From contig CAKQWE010000003.1 of NCBI GenBank assembly GCA_934277975.1, positions 12,419-76,418 of the forward strand: a DNA stretch of 64,000 nt. The letters are read 5' to 3'. Position numbers and translations under genes: made by a program. Below, piece by piece: positions 1 through 8,615 of this stretch (positions within the stretch are counted from its first letter, which is position 1; each line of letters begins with the position of its first letter). The notes below the pieces were generated by a model that saw only the letters and a list, made by a program, of their open reading frames with translations, did not search any database and was not told where the DNA came from. The DNA comes from an uncultured Spirochaetales bacterium. Lineage in GTDB: Bacteria > Spirochaetota > Spirochaetia > Sphaerochaetales > Sphaerochaetaceae.

Positions 1-497
1 TTCTATGTGGCAACATTTCAAAGGAAATCATGGATAATGACGGAACTACGGATATGTTCTGCGAACTCCCGGCGGTATTCCATGAATCAGCACTTATAGA
101 AAGATTCCACGGATTCATCAAAGGCTGGAATATTCCGAGGATGAACGATGATTTGAAAATATCCGGGTGGGCGCTCAACTCCGAATATTTCTGCTCGATT
201 CTTCACGAATTAAGGGATGATACAACCTACAGATCTATCGTCGATGCCTTGGTTGTTGTCCCGACTGGAGCAGATACAAGAGATACGGAAGCTGTAAAGA
301 GAATTGCTACGGCATATTTGAAGCTTCTATTTCCTAATGCCAGAAAACCTGAAGACATTGATAGCCGCGATTTCAACAGGTATTGCCTTCGCAGAGCTTG
401 TAATATGCGAGCAACGATAAAAATGCAGCTTGGAATAATGGACAGCGAGTATCGCGGAAAAGATATTCCTGCCTTTAAAGTAGCGGAGATAAACTAA
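1..497 (+). CDS. 3' part of a BrxL-like gene (BREX-associated Lon-like ATPase/protease family); 5' end outside the window
   Basis: The frame is open from position 3 to the TAA at 495-497, with no stop upstream of the Met at 30, so the gene is cut by the window edge. Segments HESALIERFHGFIKGWNIPRM and GADTRDTEAVKRIATAYLKLLFP match my recollection of the conserved C-terminal region of BrxL/TIGR02688-type proteins. This is recognition from memory only. Confidence 0.4.
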   Translation, partial: LCGNISKEIMDNDGTTDMFCELPAVFHESALIERFHGFIKGWNIPRMNDDLKISGWALNSEYFCSILHELRDDTTYRSIVDALVVVPTGADTRDTEAVKRIATAYLKLLFPNARKPEDIDSRDFNRYCLRRACNMRATIKMQLGIMDSEYRGKDIPAFKVAEIN

Positions 498-700
498 TGG
501 CAAAATCACACTCTTGTAAAATATGCTTTAAAGAGAATCTGACCAAAGATGAAATCGGAGCTACGAGAAAACTAATCGATAAGGATGCAAAAGAGTTCTT
601 TTGTATTAACTGTCTTGCAGATTTCTTGGGCTGCACGGTAGATGAACTGTTAGAAAAAATCGAAGAATTCAAAGAAGAGGGCTGCACTCTCTTTAAGTGA
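497..700 (+). CDS. small Cys-rich (CxxC...CxxC) zinc-ribbon-like protein, function unknown
   Basis: 67 aa ORF. Its ATG overlaps the upstream stop (TAATG at 495-499), suggesting translational coupling. It has CKIC and CINC pairs plus an acidic C-terminal helix. Confidence 0.45.
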   Translation: MAKSHSCKICFKENLTKDEIGATRKLIDKDAKEFFCINCLADFLGCTVDELLEKIEEFKEEGCTLFK

Positions 701-763
701 AAAATCACGTAATGACAGTCTCCGTTGGATTGGCATGTATCGCGTTTTGAATGAGGACAAGTC

Positions 764-1894
764 ATGAAGCAATATATCTACGCCGATAATGCGGCAACAA
801 CAAAACTGGATATCAATGCTTTTGAAGCAATGAAGCCGTATCTTTTAGAGTTCTACGGAAACGCTTCGCAGCCTTACTTTTTCTCCTTGAAGTCGAAGCG
901 GGCCCTTAAAGAGGCTCGGAAGACGATTGCCGATTGTATTGGAGCTCTACCAGAGGAACTTTACTTTACCTCTGGTGGAACCGAGAGCGACAACTGGGCA
1001 ATTAAATGCTTTGGACCCCGTAACGTTGTCCGTAAAGTCTATACTTCCGAAATTGAGCACCATGCTATTCTAAACTCTGACGAAAACGCTACTCGTCTGT
1101 CGGTCGACTCGAAAGGTATTGTTTTGCCGGATGTGTTGGAAGAAGCATTTATCTCGGATGACTCTCCTGTGCCGAGTTGCTTTTCCACTCTTGTTTCAAT
1201 CATGCTTGTAAACAATGAGATAGGTACAATTGAGCCAATCAAAGAACTTGCAGCTATTGCTCATACGCATCATGCGTTGTTCCATACAGATGCCGTTCAA
1301 GCAGTCGGTCATATACCGATTGACGTCAACGAATTAGGCATTGACATGCTTTCAGCTTCGGCTCACAAATTCAACGGCCCCAAAGGGATTGGTTTTCTAT
1401 ACGTGCGAAAGGGTACTGTTTTCTCTTCCTACGCCAACGGCGGTGCACAGGAGCATGGGATGCGTGCTGGTACGGAAAATGTCGCTGGCATTGTGGGAAT
1501 GGCCATGGCTCTAAAAAAGAACTGCGACGAGATGCAGCAGACTAGAGAGAAACTGCACTCTATGGAAATGGCTTTTATTGACACACTTCGAAGGGAGAAG
1601 ATTGATTTTGTGAGAAACGGTTCCGACAACAGGGTTCCCGGTAATATCAATATCTCATTCCGAGGTGCAAGTGGCGAAATGCTCCTTCATCGTCTGGATT
1701 TGATGGGTATATGTATATCAACCGGTTCGGCATGCAACTCGGCCAATACGCAGGTATCTCATGTGATTAAGGCAATCGGCGTACCGCAGGAATATGCTGA
1801 GGGTACTATTAGAGTTAGCTTCGGGAGGGATAACAGATTGGAAGATTCTATAGAAGTTGCAAACGCAATTATAAAAGTTATAGCAAATAAGTAA
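764..1894 (+). CDS. cysteine desulfurase (class V aminotransferase, NifS/IscS family)
   Basis: PLP-lysine motif SASAHKFNGPKGIGFLYVR, catalytic Cys loop STGSACNS, and length of 376 aa. Confidence 0.85.
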   Translation: MKQYIYADNAATTKLDINAFEAMKPYLLEFYGNASQPYFFSLKSKRALKEARKTIADCIGALPEELYFTSGGTESDNWAIKCFGPRNVVRKVYTSEIEHHAILNSDENATRLSVDSKGIVLPDVLEEAFISDDSPVPSCFSTLVSIMLVNNEIGTIEPIKELAAIAHTHHALFHTDAVQAVGHIPIDVNELGIDMLSASAHKFNGPKGIGFLYVRKGTVFSSYANGGAQEHGMRAGTENVAGIVGMAMALKKNCDEMQQTREKLHSMEMAFIDTLRREKIDFVRNGSDNRVPGNINISFRGASGEMLLHRLDLMGICISTGSACNSANTQVSHVIKAIGVPQEYAEGTIRVSFGRDNRLEDSIEVANAIIKVIANK

Positions 1895-2173
1895 AACATC
1901 AAACAATAAGCTTGCTTTTCTTGTTCTCCTCGGAGGCTAAATTTCAGGCTTTGGGGACTGTGAGATGCCTCTTGCTTGTGAATGGATTGTCTACATCGTG
2001 TAGCTATAGTCATCCTTCTCGGCCGCACTTGTTTTGGTTCTCTCAAGGAAAAACTTCAGATGGAGTTGACATTTACTTGCAGGTCTCAATATTCAAAGAG
2101 TATTCACAAAAAGTACGTTTCAATTTTAGTAGTTCGTGATGTGCGTTACGTGTGAGTCATTGATGCTCGAAAA

Positions 2174-2295
2174 GTTTGATGCGTTCTGATGCATCGTAGT
2201 CCGCCGTAATGCGCCTTGGTCCGCCCGTAACCGTAGTATTCCCATATTCGTCTACATACGCCAACATAAGCCTACATGCGTCCGCATAGACTCGC
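2174..2295 (-). repeat. degenerate array of about 12 phased 10 bp units (CCGCC/GCG-rich on the + strand, GGCG-type on the - strand)
   Basis: Read in blocks of 10 the region gives gcgttctgat gcatcgtagt ccgccgtaat gcgccttggt ccgcccgtaa ccgtagtatt and so on. Positions 2174-2205, reverse-complemented, match 21089-21120 at 29 of 32 positions in my manual alignment. Confidence 0.6.
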
Positions 2296-2474
2296 AACGA
2301 AAACAAAACCAACAAAGGCATCGGTTTTTGTTGCAATTTGTTGCGTTTGGGGTATACTATCGTCATGCAGTGGAGCGGTGGCGCTGGGAAGGCTCAGGGA
2401 CATCGGTCTAGGGCGGATGTTGCAGGTGATGCAAGTACTGCAAGCAAGAGAAGTTATCAGGAGAGGATTAGGAT

Positions 2475-3410
2475 ATGTCTAAGATTGTCATTGCACTTGG
2501 TGGAAATGCGTTGGGAAGCACCCCGTATGAGCAGCTTGAGTTGGTAAGGGAGACCGCAAAGCCCATAGTGGACCTTATCGCTGCGGGAAATGAGGTCGTG
2601 ATCGCCCATGGAAACGGGCCTCAGGTTGGGATGATCAACCTTGGTATGGCCACCGCTGCGGAGGCGAAGGCCATCAAGAGCGATATGCCGTTTCCGGAGT
2701 GCGGTGCAATGAGCCAGGGCTACATAGGCTATCATCTTCAGAACGCAATTGGCAACGAGCTTGCCTCCCGTGGAATGGACAAGGAGGTTGCAACAGTCGT
2801 GACGCAGGTGCTTGTCGATGAGAACGACCAGGCCTTCTCCCATCCTACAAAGCCGGTTGGAGCCTTCTATGACAAGGAGACTGCTGACAGGATCGCCAAG
2901 GAGAAGGGCTACACGATGGTTGAGGATGCAGGTCGTGGCTACAGACAGGTCGTTCCATCTCCAAAGCCGATCGATGTAATAGAGAAGAGGGCCGTCGAAG
3001 GCCTCATTGCTCAGGGGTGTGTCGTAATCACAGTCGGTGGCGGTGGAATCCCTGTGGTGCGCAAGGACGGAAAACTCTACGGAACCCCTGCTGTCATAGA
3101 CAAGGACTTTGCATCAGAGAAGCTTGCAGAGCTCATAGATGCTGACCAGCTTGTAATCCTCACCGCCGTTGAGAAGGTTGCAATCAATTTCAGAAAGGAG
3201 AACGAAGAGTGGCTTTCTGAGCTCACTACGAGCAAGGCCAAGGAGCTTGCATCCCAGGGTCACTTCGCACCGGGCTCCATGCTTCCAAAGGTCCAGGCCT
3301 GCGTTCAGTTCGCAGAGAGCAAGAAGGGTAGGGTCGCAATCATCACATCCCTTGACAAGGCCCTTCAGGCACTCAATGGCGAGACTGGAACCAAGGTGGT
3401 TCTTGGTTGA
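2475..3410 (+). CDS. arcC: carbamate kinase
   Basis: N-terminus MSKIVIALGGNALG and the HGNGPQVG motif, 311 aa. An AGGAGAGGA Shine-Dalgarno-like run lies upstream. Confidence 0.85.
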   Translation: MSKIVIALGGNALGSTPYEQLELVRETAKPIVDLIAAGNEVVIAHGNGPQVGMINLGMATAAEAKAIKSDMPFPECGAMSQGYIGYHLQNAIGNELASRGMDKEVATVVTQVLVDENDQAFSHPTKPVGAFYDKETADRIAKEKGYTMVEDAGRGYRQVVPSPKPIDVIEKRAVEGLIAQGCVVITVGGGGIPVVRKDGKLYGTPAVIDKDFASEKLAELIDADQLVILTAVEKVAINFRKENEEWLSELTTSKAKELASQGHFAPGSMLPKVQACVQFAESKKGRVAIITSLDKALQALNGETGTKVVLG

Positions 3411-3452
3411 TATCAGGCTTTAGGCCGATATCCTTGAATTCTGGGTTTTGAA

Positions 3453-4076
3453 ATGCAGGAGCAGTTCCTATTGTTTGATGAATCTGAATTCGATGTCTGT
3501 GCAGACATCAATGCACTTGTAATAGGTGCTGACGAGGCGGGACGCGGGCCGTTGGCCGGTCCCGTCTGTGCTTCTGCGGTGGCGCTGCCGCAGGGTTTCC
3601 CCTTCGAGCTTTTGAACGACTCCAAGAAGATGACTGAGAGGAAGCGCCTTTTGGCCGAGCCTGTCATAAAGGAGAAGGCCCTTGCCTGGGCCGTGTGCTG
3701 GGCTACTCCCAAAGAGATTGATGAGATCAATATACTTCAAGCTTCGTTGCTCGCTATGAAAAGGGCCTTTGAAAGGGTTCGTTCACAGTTGGCGGGGTTG
3801 GGTTTGGATGCAGACATGCTTCTTGTCGATGGCAACAAGACCCCTGATGTTGATTTCCCATGCCAGGCGATAGTGAAGGGGGACTCCAAGGTCCCTGCCA
3901 TAATGGCGGCCTCCATCCTTGCAAAGAACGCAAGGGATAGGTTCATGGTATGTGCCGCTTCAAAATGGCCTGAGTATGGATTCGAGAAGCACAAAGGGTA
4001 TCCGTGCCCTTTGCATAAGCAAATGCTCTACAAGTATGGGCCGTGTCCCATACATAGAAAGACATTCAAGTATTAG
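3453..4076 (+). CDS. rnhB: ribonuclease HII
   Basis: GADEAGRGPLAGPV catalytic motif, DSK motif, 207 aa. Confidence 0.85.
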   Translation: MQEQFLLFDESEFDVCADINALVIGADEAGRGPLAGPVCASAVALPQGFPFELLNDSKKMTERKRLLAEPVIKEKALAWAVCWATPKEIDEINILQASLLAMKRAFERVRSQLAGLGLDADMLLVDGNKTPDVDFPCQAIVKGDSKVPAIMAASILAKNARDRFMVCAASKWPEYGFEKHKGYPCPLHKQMLYKYGPCPIHRKTFKY

Positions 4077-4113
4077 AATGCGCTGGTACGTTGCAAGAAG
4101 GAGGCTCTTTGCC

Positions 4114-4365
4114 TTACTGGGAATCCCTCTTGTTTGCGTGGACCTTCATGAAGTCGACTGACTTCTGGAACTCGCGGATGAACTCTCCAAGGTCCTCTGG
4201 GTAGACGATTACACTCTGGCGGATGAAACGGCCTTCGTCTGCGGTGACTTTGCTCTCGACTATGTTCAGGTACATGTCGCCTTTGTAGTTCTCCTTGACA
4301 TTGAAGAAATAGGTTCTGTCGTTCGTTACGAACTTGGTTGAGAAAACTTCACCGCGCTGACCCAT
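4114..4365 (-). CDS. PUR-alpha-like nucleic-acid-binding protein (DUF3276 family)
   Basis: 83 aa with RTYFFNVKENYKGDMYLNIVESK, the PUR-repeat signature seen in spirochaete and Bacteroidetes DUF3276 proteins. Confidence 0.65.
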   Translation of the reverse strand: MGQRGEVFSTKFVTNDRTYFFNVKENYKGDMYLNIVESKVTADEGRFIRQSVIVYPEDLGEFIREFQKSVDFMKVHANKRDSQ

Positions 4366-4421
4366 AGGAAAACCCCTCCGCTATGATAGTGTATTCGCAA
4401 TCCGCACACGAATGCACGAGC

Positions 4422-4452
4422 TTGGAAAACAAAAAACCACGCATGAGCGTGG
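4422..4452 (-). terminator. Rho-independent terminator downstream of tRNA-Gly
   Basis: On the - strand: CCACGC-TCAT-GCGTGG hairpin (4437-4452) followed by TTTTTTGTTTT. Confidence 0.7.
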
Positions 4453-4457
4453 TCTTA

Positions 4458-4528
4458 AGCGCCCGACGGGAGTCGAACCCGCTTCTTCAGCTTGGAAGGC
4501 TGAGGTAATACCATTATACCACAAGCGC
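4458..4528 (-). tRNA. tRNA-Gly (anticodon UCC)
   Basis: Manual cloverleaf: acceptor GCGCTTG/CGGGCGC, anticodon stem TCAGC/GCTGA with loop CTTCCAA, T-arm GCGGG-TTCGACT-CCCGT. It is 71 nt and CCA is not encoded. Confidence 0.85.
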
Positions 4529-4541
4529 ACGTACGAACGTA

Positions 4542-4571
4542 TTTATACCCAATAAGACGGGAAAACGTCAA
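4542..4571 (-). promoter_or_regulatory. candidate sigma70-type promoter for tRNA-Gly
   Basis: On the - strand: TTGACG, an 18 nt spacer, then TATAAA, ending about 14 nt before the tRNA 5' end. Confidence 0.4.
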
Positions 4572-4661
4572 GTAGGGCCTGACAAAAAACAAATCCTTAT
4601 GCTATATTTCTCCTGTTTGGGAAGTTGCTCTCTAGTCGAGTTAGTTCTTTGTGAGGTGAAC

Positions 4662-7463
4662 GTGTTTTTAAAATCTGTGGAGCTTTATGGTTTCAAGTCC
4701 TTTGCGGATAGGACCAAATTCGAATTCTCGGACGGCATAACGTCGTTGCTTGGACCGAACGGCAGCGGAAAGAGCAATGTCGTCGACTCCATAAAGTGGG
4801 TTCTTGGAACCCAGGCCTCAAGTGCGATAAGGGCTGCAAAGAGGGAGGACGTCATCTTCAACGGTACGGACTTCAGAAAGCCAATGCCCATGTGCGAGGT
4901 CATCCTCACATTGAACAACGAAGAACATCAGCTGAACATAGATGCAACCGAGGTTGAGATAAAGAGAAGGCTGTTTCGCAACGGCGACAACGAATACTAC
5001 ATAAACCGCAACAGAGTGCTCCTTAGGAACGTCAAGGAGCTTTTCATGGACACCGGTGTTGGAAAGGCCTCCTACAGCATTCTGGAACAGGGAAAGATAG
5101 ACCAGATCCTGTCCCTCAAGCCAGAGGACAGACGCTACATATTCGAAGAGGCATCTGGAATAAGCCGTTTCAAGCAGCAGAGCGACGAGGCGGCCAAGAA
5201 GCTTCAGAAGACTGATGAGAACATGGCCCAGGTGGAGCTCCTCCTAAGGGAGGCCGAGAAGGTCTACAACTCAAGGAAGGGGCAGCTGGACAAGGTTCTC
5301 AAGCATAGGGAGCTTTCTGCTAGGAAGGAGACGTTGGAGGTTGAGCTTCAGCTGTCGTACCTTCAGTCCCTTACCAAGCTCAAGGATTTCAGGCAGGAGC
5401 AGCAGACCAAGCTTGAGGACGAAGCGGCTGCAATAGACGCCGTCATGGACACCGCAAGGGAGGGCCTTGACAGGCAGCGGAACGAACTGGAGGAGCTCAG
5501 ACTCAAGCGCGACAGCATAAGCGCAAACATGCATAGGAACGAAGAGAAGGTCAATTCCATAAACACTGAGCTTGACTTCTACAACGAAAGGTTCAACGAA
5601 GTGTCCCAGCGTACCAAGGATGCCAAGGCAAAGGCTCAGCAGGTGCAGGACAGGATGGAGAAGGACCGCCAGAGGCTTGAGGAGAAGCAGGCGTCGTTGG
5701 ATTCCACCTTGGAGAACATTCGCCTTACGGACCAGAGCATAGAGAGGGCCACTGAGGAGATAGAGAAGCTCAAGGCCGACAGGATCAGGCATCAGCTTGA
5801 CATAGACGACCTGAACCATGAAATAGAGGCTTTGTCCCAGGAGAGGGTCGGAATCACCCAGCAGATAAGCGACCTTGCAAACGACATAGCCAACAGGCTT
5901 GAGGAGAACATCAAGGGAAGCGGCTACAGCTCCGCTCTTAGGGCGAAGGCTGAGAAGAAGCTCTTCGAGGAGCTAAGCAAGGCCAAGAAGATACTTGGCG
6001 AGAGGATGGAGTTCCTTAGAAACCTTGCTACGGTCGATTTTGACCCAAAGGTGTTCCAACAGGCGCTTGACGATGCGGACGAGTCCCTTCTTGAGGAGCT
6101 TGACGAGATAAAGGGACTTTTCCAGGAGTACAGCGGTACGATTCCAACGTTCCTGGATGAGTTCGTATCGCCTCAGGGGACGCTTGCAAAGAAAGTGGAG
6201 TTGGACAACAGGCTTGAAAGTTCGTATGCAAAGGAGACGGACTGCCGCAACAGGATCCAGGATTTCAATGCGGAGATCGAGAGGCTTTCCAGAATGCTCA
6301 TCTTGAAGGAATCGGACTTGAAGGACCTTGAGATGGATCGTGTCCAGTTCAAGGCGCAGGCCGATTCCACGAAGAGCTACATCATGGACCTCAAGCAGAG
6401 CCTCCAGCAGATGGAGTTCGATTTCTCCGATGCCTCCCATTCGTTCGAGGCCGAGCAGAGCAAGGTCAACGAGGTCCTTGAGAAGATAGACGATGCCAAG
6501 AACCGCAAGAAGGAGATGTTCGAGGACATACGGGCCCTCAGGGACGAGGTGGATGCCCTCAACGTTGCAATAGAGGAGAAGAACTCCCAGATGCTGGCGC
6601 AGAACTCCCAGTTCCAGGACAAGTTCAACCGCAGGCAGCAGCTCATTGGGGAGATTGCGACGGGGCGCGAGAACATAAGGAGCCTTGGGGAGCAGATCCA
6701 GAAGATCTATACGGACTTCTTCGACAGTACTGGAAAGAGCCTTAGGGAGTTCAACGACCACGAGATAACGGAGGCCGTTGAGGACCTCAAGAACGAGCTT
6801 GAGACCGTGAAGAAGAGGATCCAGGACCTTGGCTACATAAACTACATGGCTGAGGACGAATACAACGAGGCAAAGAAGAACTTCGACTTCTACAGCAAGA
6901 ACATGGACGACCTCACAAAGGCCAAGGACGACCTTGAGGAGGTCATAGCGGAGATAAAGCGCCGCAGCGAGGAGATGTTCCTTGATACCTACAAGCAGAT
7001 TGCGGAGAACTTCCAGGAGATGTATACGACGCTCTTTGGAGGTGGAAGGGCTGAGCTTAGGCTCACGGACGACGACAATGTGCTTGAGTCCGGTATAGAC
7101 ATATTCGCCCAGCCGCCGGGAAAGAAGCTGTTGAACATGCAGCTCCTCTCTGGAGGAGAGCGTTCCATGACGGCCGTTGCACTTCTGTTTGCAACATATA
7201 TGGTCAAGCCGTCGCCGTTCTGTATCCTTGACGAGATAGACGCCGCCTTGGATGCAAGGAACATTGGTGCGTTCCTAAGGGTGCTTGAGAAGTTCGACGA
7301 CAAGAGCCAGTTCATCATAATCACCCACAACAAGAACACCGTAATGGGTTCCAACAGCCTTCTTGGTGTGACTCAGCAGGAGCTTGGAGTCTCCAAGATG
7401 ATAGGCTACAGGCTTGAGGACATCAAGGACATAAACAAGACCTATGATGAGCTCAAGGGTTGA
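4662..7463 (+). CDS. smc: chromosome segregation protein SMC
   Basis: N-terminus (GTG)FLKSVELYGFKSFADRT, Walker A GPNGSGKSN, long coiled coils, signature LSGGERS and Walker B FCILDEIDAALD. I moved the start to the GTG at 4662, preceded by GAGGTG at 4653-4658, because the ORF-track Met at 4599 adds a non-conserved 21 aa. Confidence 0.9.
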   Translation: MFLKSVELYGFKSFADRTKFEFSDGITSLLGPNGSGKSNVVDSIKWVLGTQASSAIRAAKREDVIFNGTDFRKPMPMCEVILTLNNEEHQLNIDATEVEIKRRLFRNGDNEYYINRNRVLLRNVKELFMDTGVGKASYSILEQGKIDQILSLKPEDRRYIFEEASGISRFKQQSDEAAKKLQKTDENMAQVELLLREAEKVYNSRKGQLDKVLKHRELSARKETLEVELQLSYLQSLTKLKDFRQEQQTKLEDEAAAIDAVMDTAREGLDRQRNELEELRLKRDSISANMHRNEEKVNSINTELDFYNERFNEVSQRTKDAKAKAQQVQDRMEKDRQRLEEKQASLDSTLENIRLTDQSIERATEEIEKLKADRIRHQLDIDDLNHEIEALSQERVGITQQISDLANDIANRLEENIKGSGYSSALRAKAEKKLFEELSKAKKILGERMEFLRNLATVDFDPKVFQQALDDADESLLEELDEIKGLFQEYSGTIPTFLDEFVSPQGTLAKKVELDNRLESSYAKETDCRNRIQDFNAEIERLSRMLILKESDLKDLEMDRVQFKAQADSTKSYIMDLKQSLQQMEFDFSDASHSFEAEQSKVNEVLEKIDDAKNRKKEMFEDIRALRDEVDALNVAIEEKNSQMLAQNSQFQDKFNRRQQLIGEIATGRENIRSLGEQIQKIYTDFFDSTGKSLREFNDHEITEAVEDLKNELETVKKRIQDLGYINYMAEDEYNEAKKNFDFYSKNMDDLTKAKDDLEEVIAEIKRRSEEMFLDTYKQIAENFQEMYTTLFGGGRAELRLTDDDNVLESGIDIFAQPPGKKLLNMQLLSGGERSMTAVALLFATYMVKPSPFCILDEIDAALDARNIGAFLRVLEKFDDKSQFIIITHNKNTVMGSNSLLGVTQQELGVSKMIGYRLEDIKDINKTYDELKG

Positions 7464-7518
7464 TGGAAAGGGTTGATGAAATGGCTTGTGAAGGTTTGCC
7501 GGGAGGATTTACGAGGAG

Positions 7519-8568
7519 ATGGATATGAACGTGGATATGAACGAAGGATATGCAGGTCTTGCAATCGACTACACGAAGGAGCTTCTTGCCATAGACAGCC
7601 CAACGGGAATGACCGCAAAGGCGGAGCAGTACGTTGTGGACAAGCTCTCTGGTATGGGCTATGCGGTGAGGCACACAAACAAGGGCGGTGTTTTGGCTGA
7701 CCTTGGAGGAAATGGGGAGGGCTTGCTTTTCTCAGCCCACATAGACACTTTAGGAGCAATGGTGTGCGAGATAAAGGGCAGCGGAGCCCTCAGAGCCACC
7801 AATATAGGAGGACTCAACGCCAACAACGTGGAGACTGAGACCTGTAGGGTCTATACCCGCTCAGGTGTGGTTCTCGATGGTACGTTCCAGCTTTGCAATG
7901 CCTCCATACATGTGAACAAGGCCTACAACGATACGAAGAGGGATTTCTCAAGCATTGAGGTCCTTCTCGATTCCAAGACGAAAAGCGCCGCAGATACCAA
8001 GGCCCTTGGTGTGGATGTTGGAGACTTCATATGCGTCGAGCCAAGGACCATCGTCACAGGCGAAGGGTTCATAAAGAGCCGTTTCCTTGACGATAAGCTT
8101 TCAGCTGGAATGCTTCTTGCGTATGCGCGGTATATAAGGGACGAGAAGGTCGAGCTCAACCACCATGTATACCTCTATTTCACTGTGTACGAAGAGGTTG
8201 GCCATGGTGCGGCATCCAACATCCCTGACGATGTGGTGGAGATGGTGGCCGTAGACATGGGCTGTGTGGGCGACGGTCTCAGCTGCAGGGAGACTCAGGT
8301 TTCGATATGCGCAAAGGATTCCTCCGGTCCATACAGCAAGGCCGTTGTGGACAAGTTGGTCGAGGCAGCCAGGTCAAGTGGCTGCGACTATGCCATAGAC
8401 ATATATCCGTTCTATGGGTCTGACTGCGGGGCAATGCTTGGAAGCGGGCGTGATGTGAGGCACGGTCTCATTGGAAGCGGAGTGTATGCCTCCCATGGCT
8501 ATGAGAGAAGCCACAGGGACGGGGTGCTTAACACCCTGAAGACGATTGCCGCCTACGAAAGGCTGTGA
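7519..8568 (+). CDS. M42 family metallopeptidase (glutamyl aminopeptidase/FrvX-like)
   Basis: LLAIDSPTGM and SAHIDTLGAMV motifs, 349 aa. Several in-frame ATGs lie within the first 7 codons, so the exact start is uncertain. Confidence 0.7.
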   Translation: MDMNVDMNEGYAGLAIDYTKELLAIDSPTGMTAKAEQYVVDKLSGMGYAVRHTNKGGVLADLGGNGEGLLFSAHIDTLGAMVCEIKGSGALRATNIGGLNANNVETETCRVYTRSGVVLDGTFQLCNASIHVNKAYNDTKRDFSSIEVLLDSKTKSAADTKALGVDVGDFICVEPRTIVTGEGFIKSRFLDDKLSAGMLLAYARYIRDEKVELNHHVYLYFTVYEEVGHGAASNIPDDVVEMVAVDMGCVGDGLSCRETQVSICAKDSSGPYSKAVVDKLVEAARSSGCDYAIDIYPFYGSDCGAMLGSGRDVRHGLIGSGVYASHGYERSHRDGVLNTLKTIAAYERL

Positions 8569-8615
8569 AAGGCTAAATTGACATGATGAATTAAAATAAG
8601 GATAATCCAAAGGTT

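Noticed and set aside
764-1894. Claim that the first cysteine desulfurase is compositionally foreign.
   Set aside because: My hand counts on a few lines gave intermediate G+C and mixed codon choices. That evidence is too weak without a real computation, so foreign origin is mentioned only as a question in the findings.
2300-2474. Riboswitch (for example guanidine/ykkC-type) in the leader of arcC.
   Set aside because: Only a short CTAGGGC resemblance was seen. The conserved ykkC core elements (GGUCCGAGAG, ACACGG...GGGA) are not present.
4599-4661. N-terminal extensions suggested by the ORF track for smc. Similar cases are trpS (26559), thiI (30711), rnfA (42626), the P-loop gene (39439), the acidic protein (55496) and the small membrane protein (57649).
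   Set aside because: The extensions are not family-like. They overlap neighbouring genes or divergent promoters, and internal starts have better Shine-Dalgarno sequences or stop-start coupling.
7519-7560. Short duplication GGATATGAACG x2 at the start of the M42 peptidase gene.
   Set aside because: It only creates alternative in-frame ATGs (MDMNVDMNEG). The effect is trivial and was noted only as start-site uncertainty.
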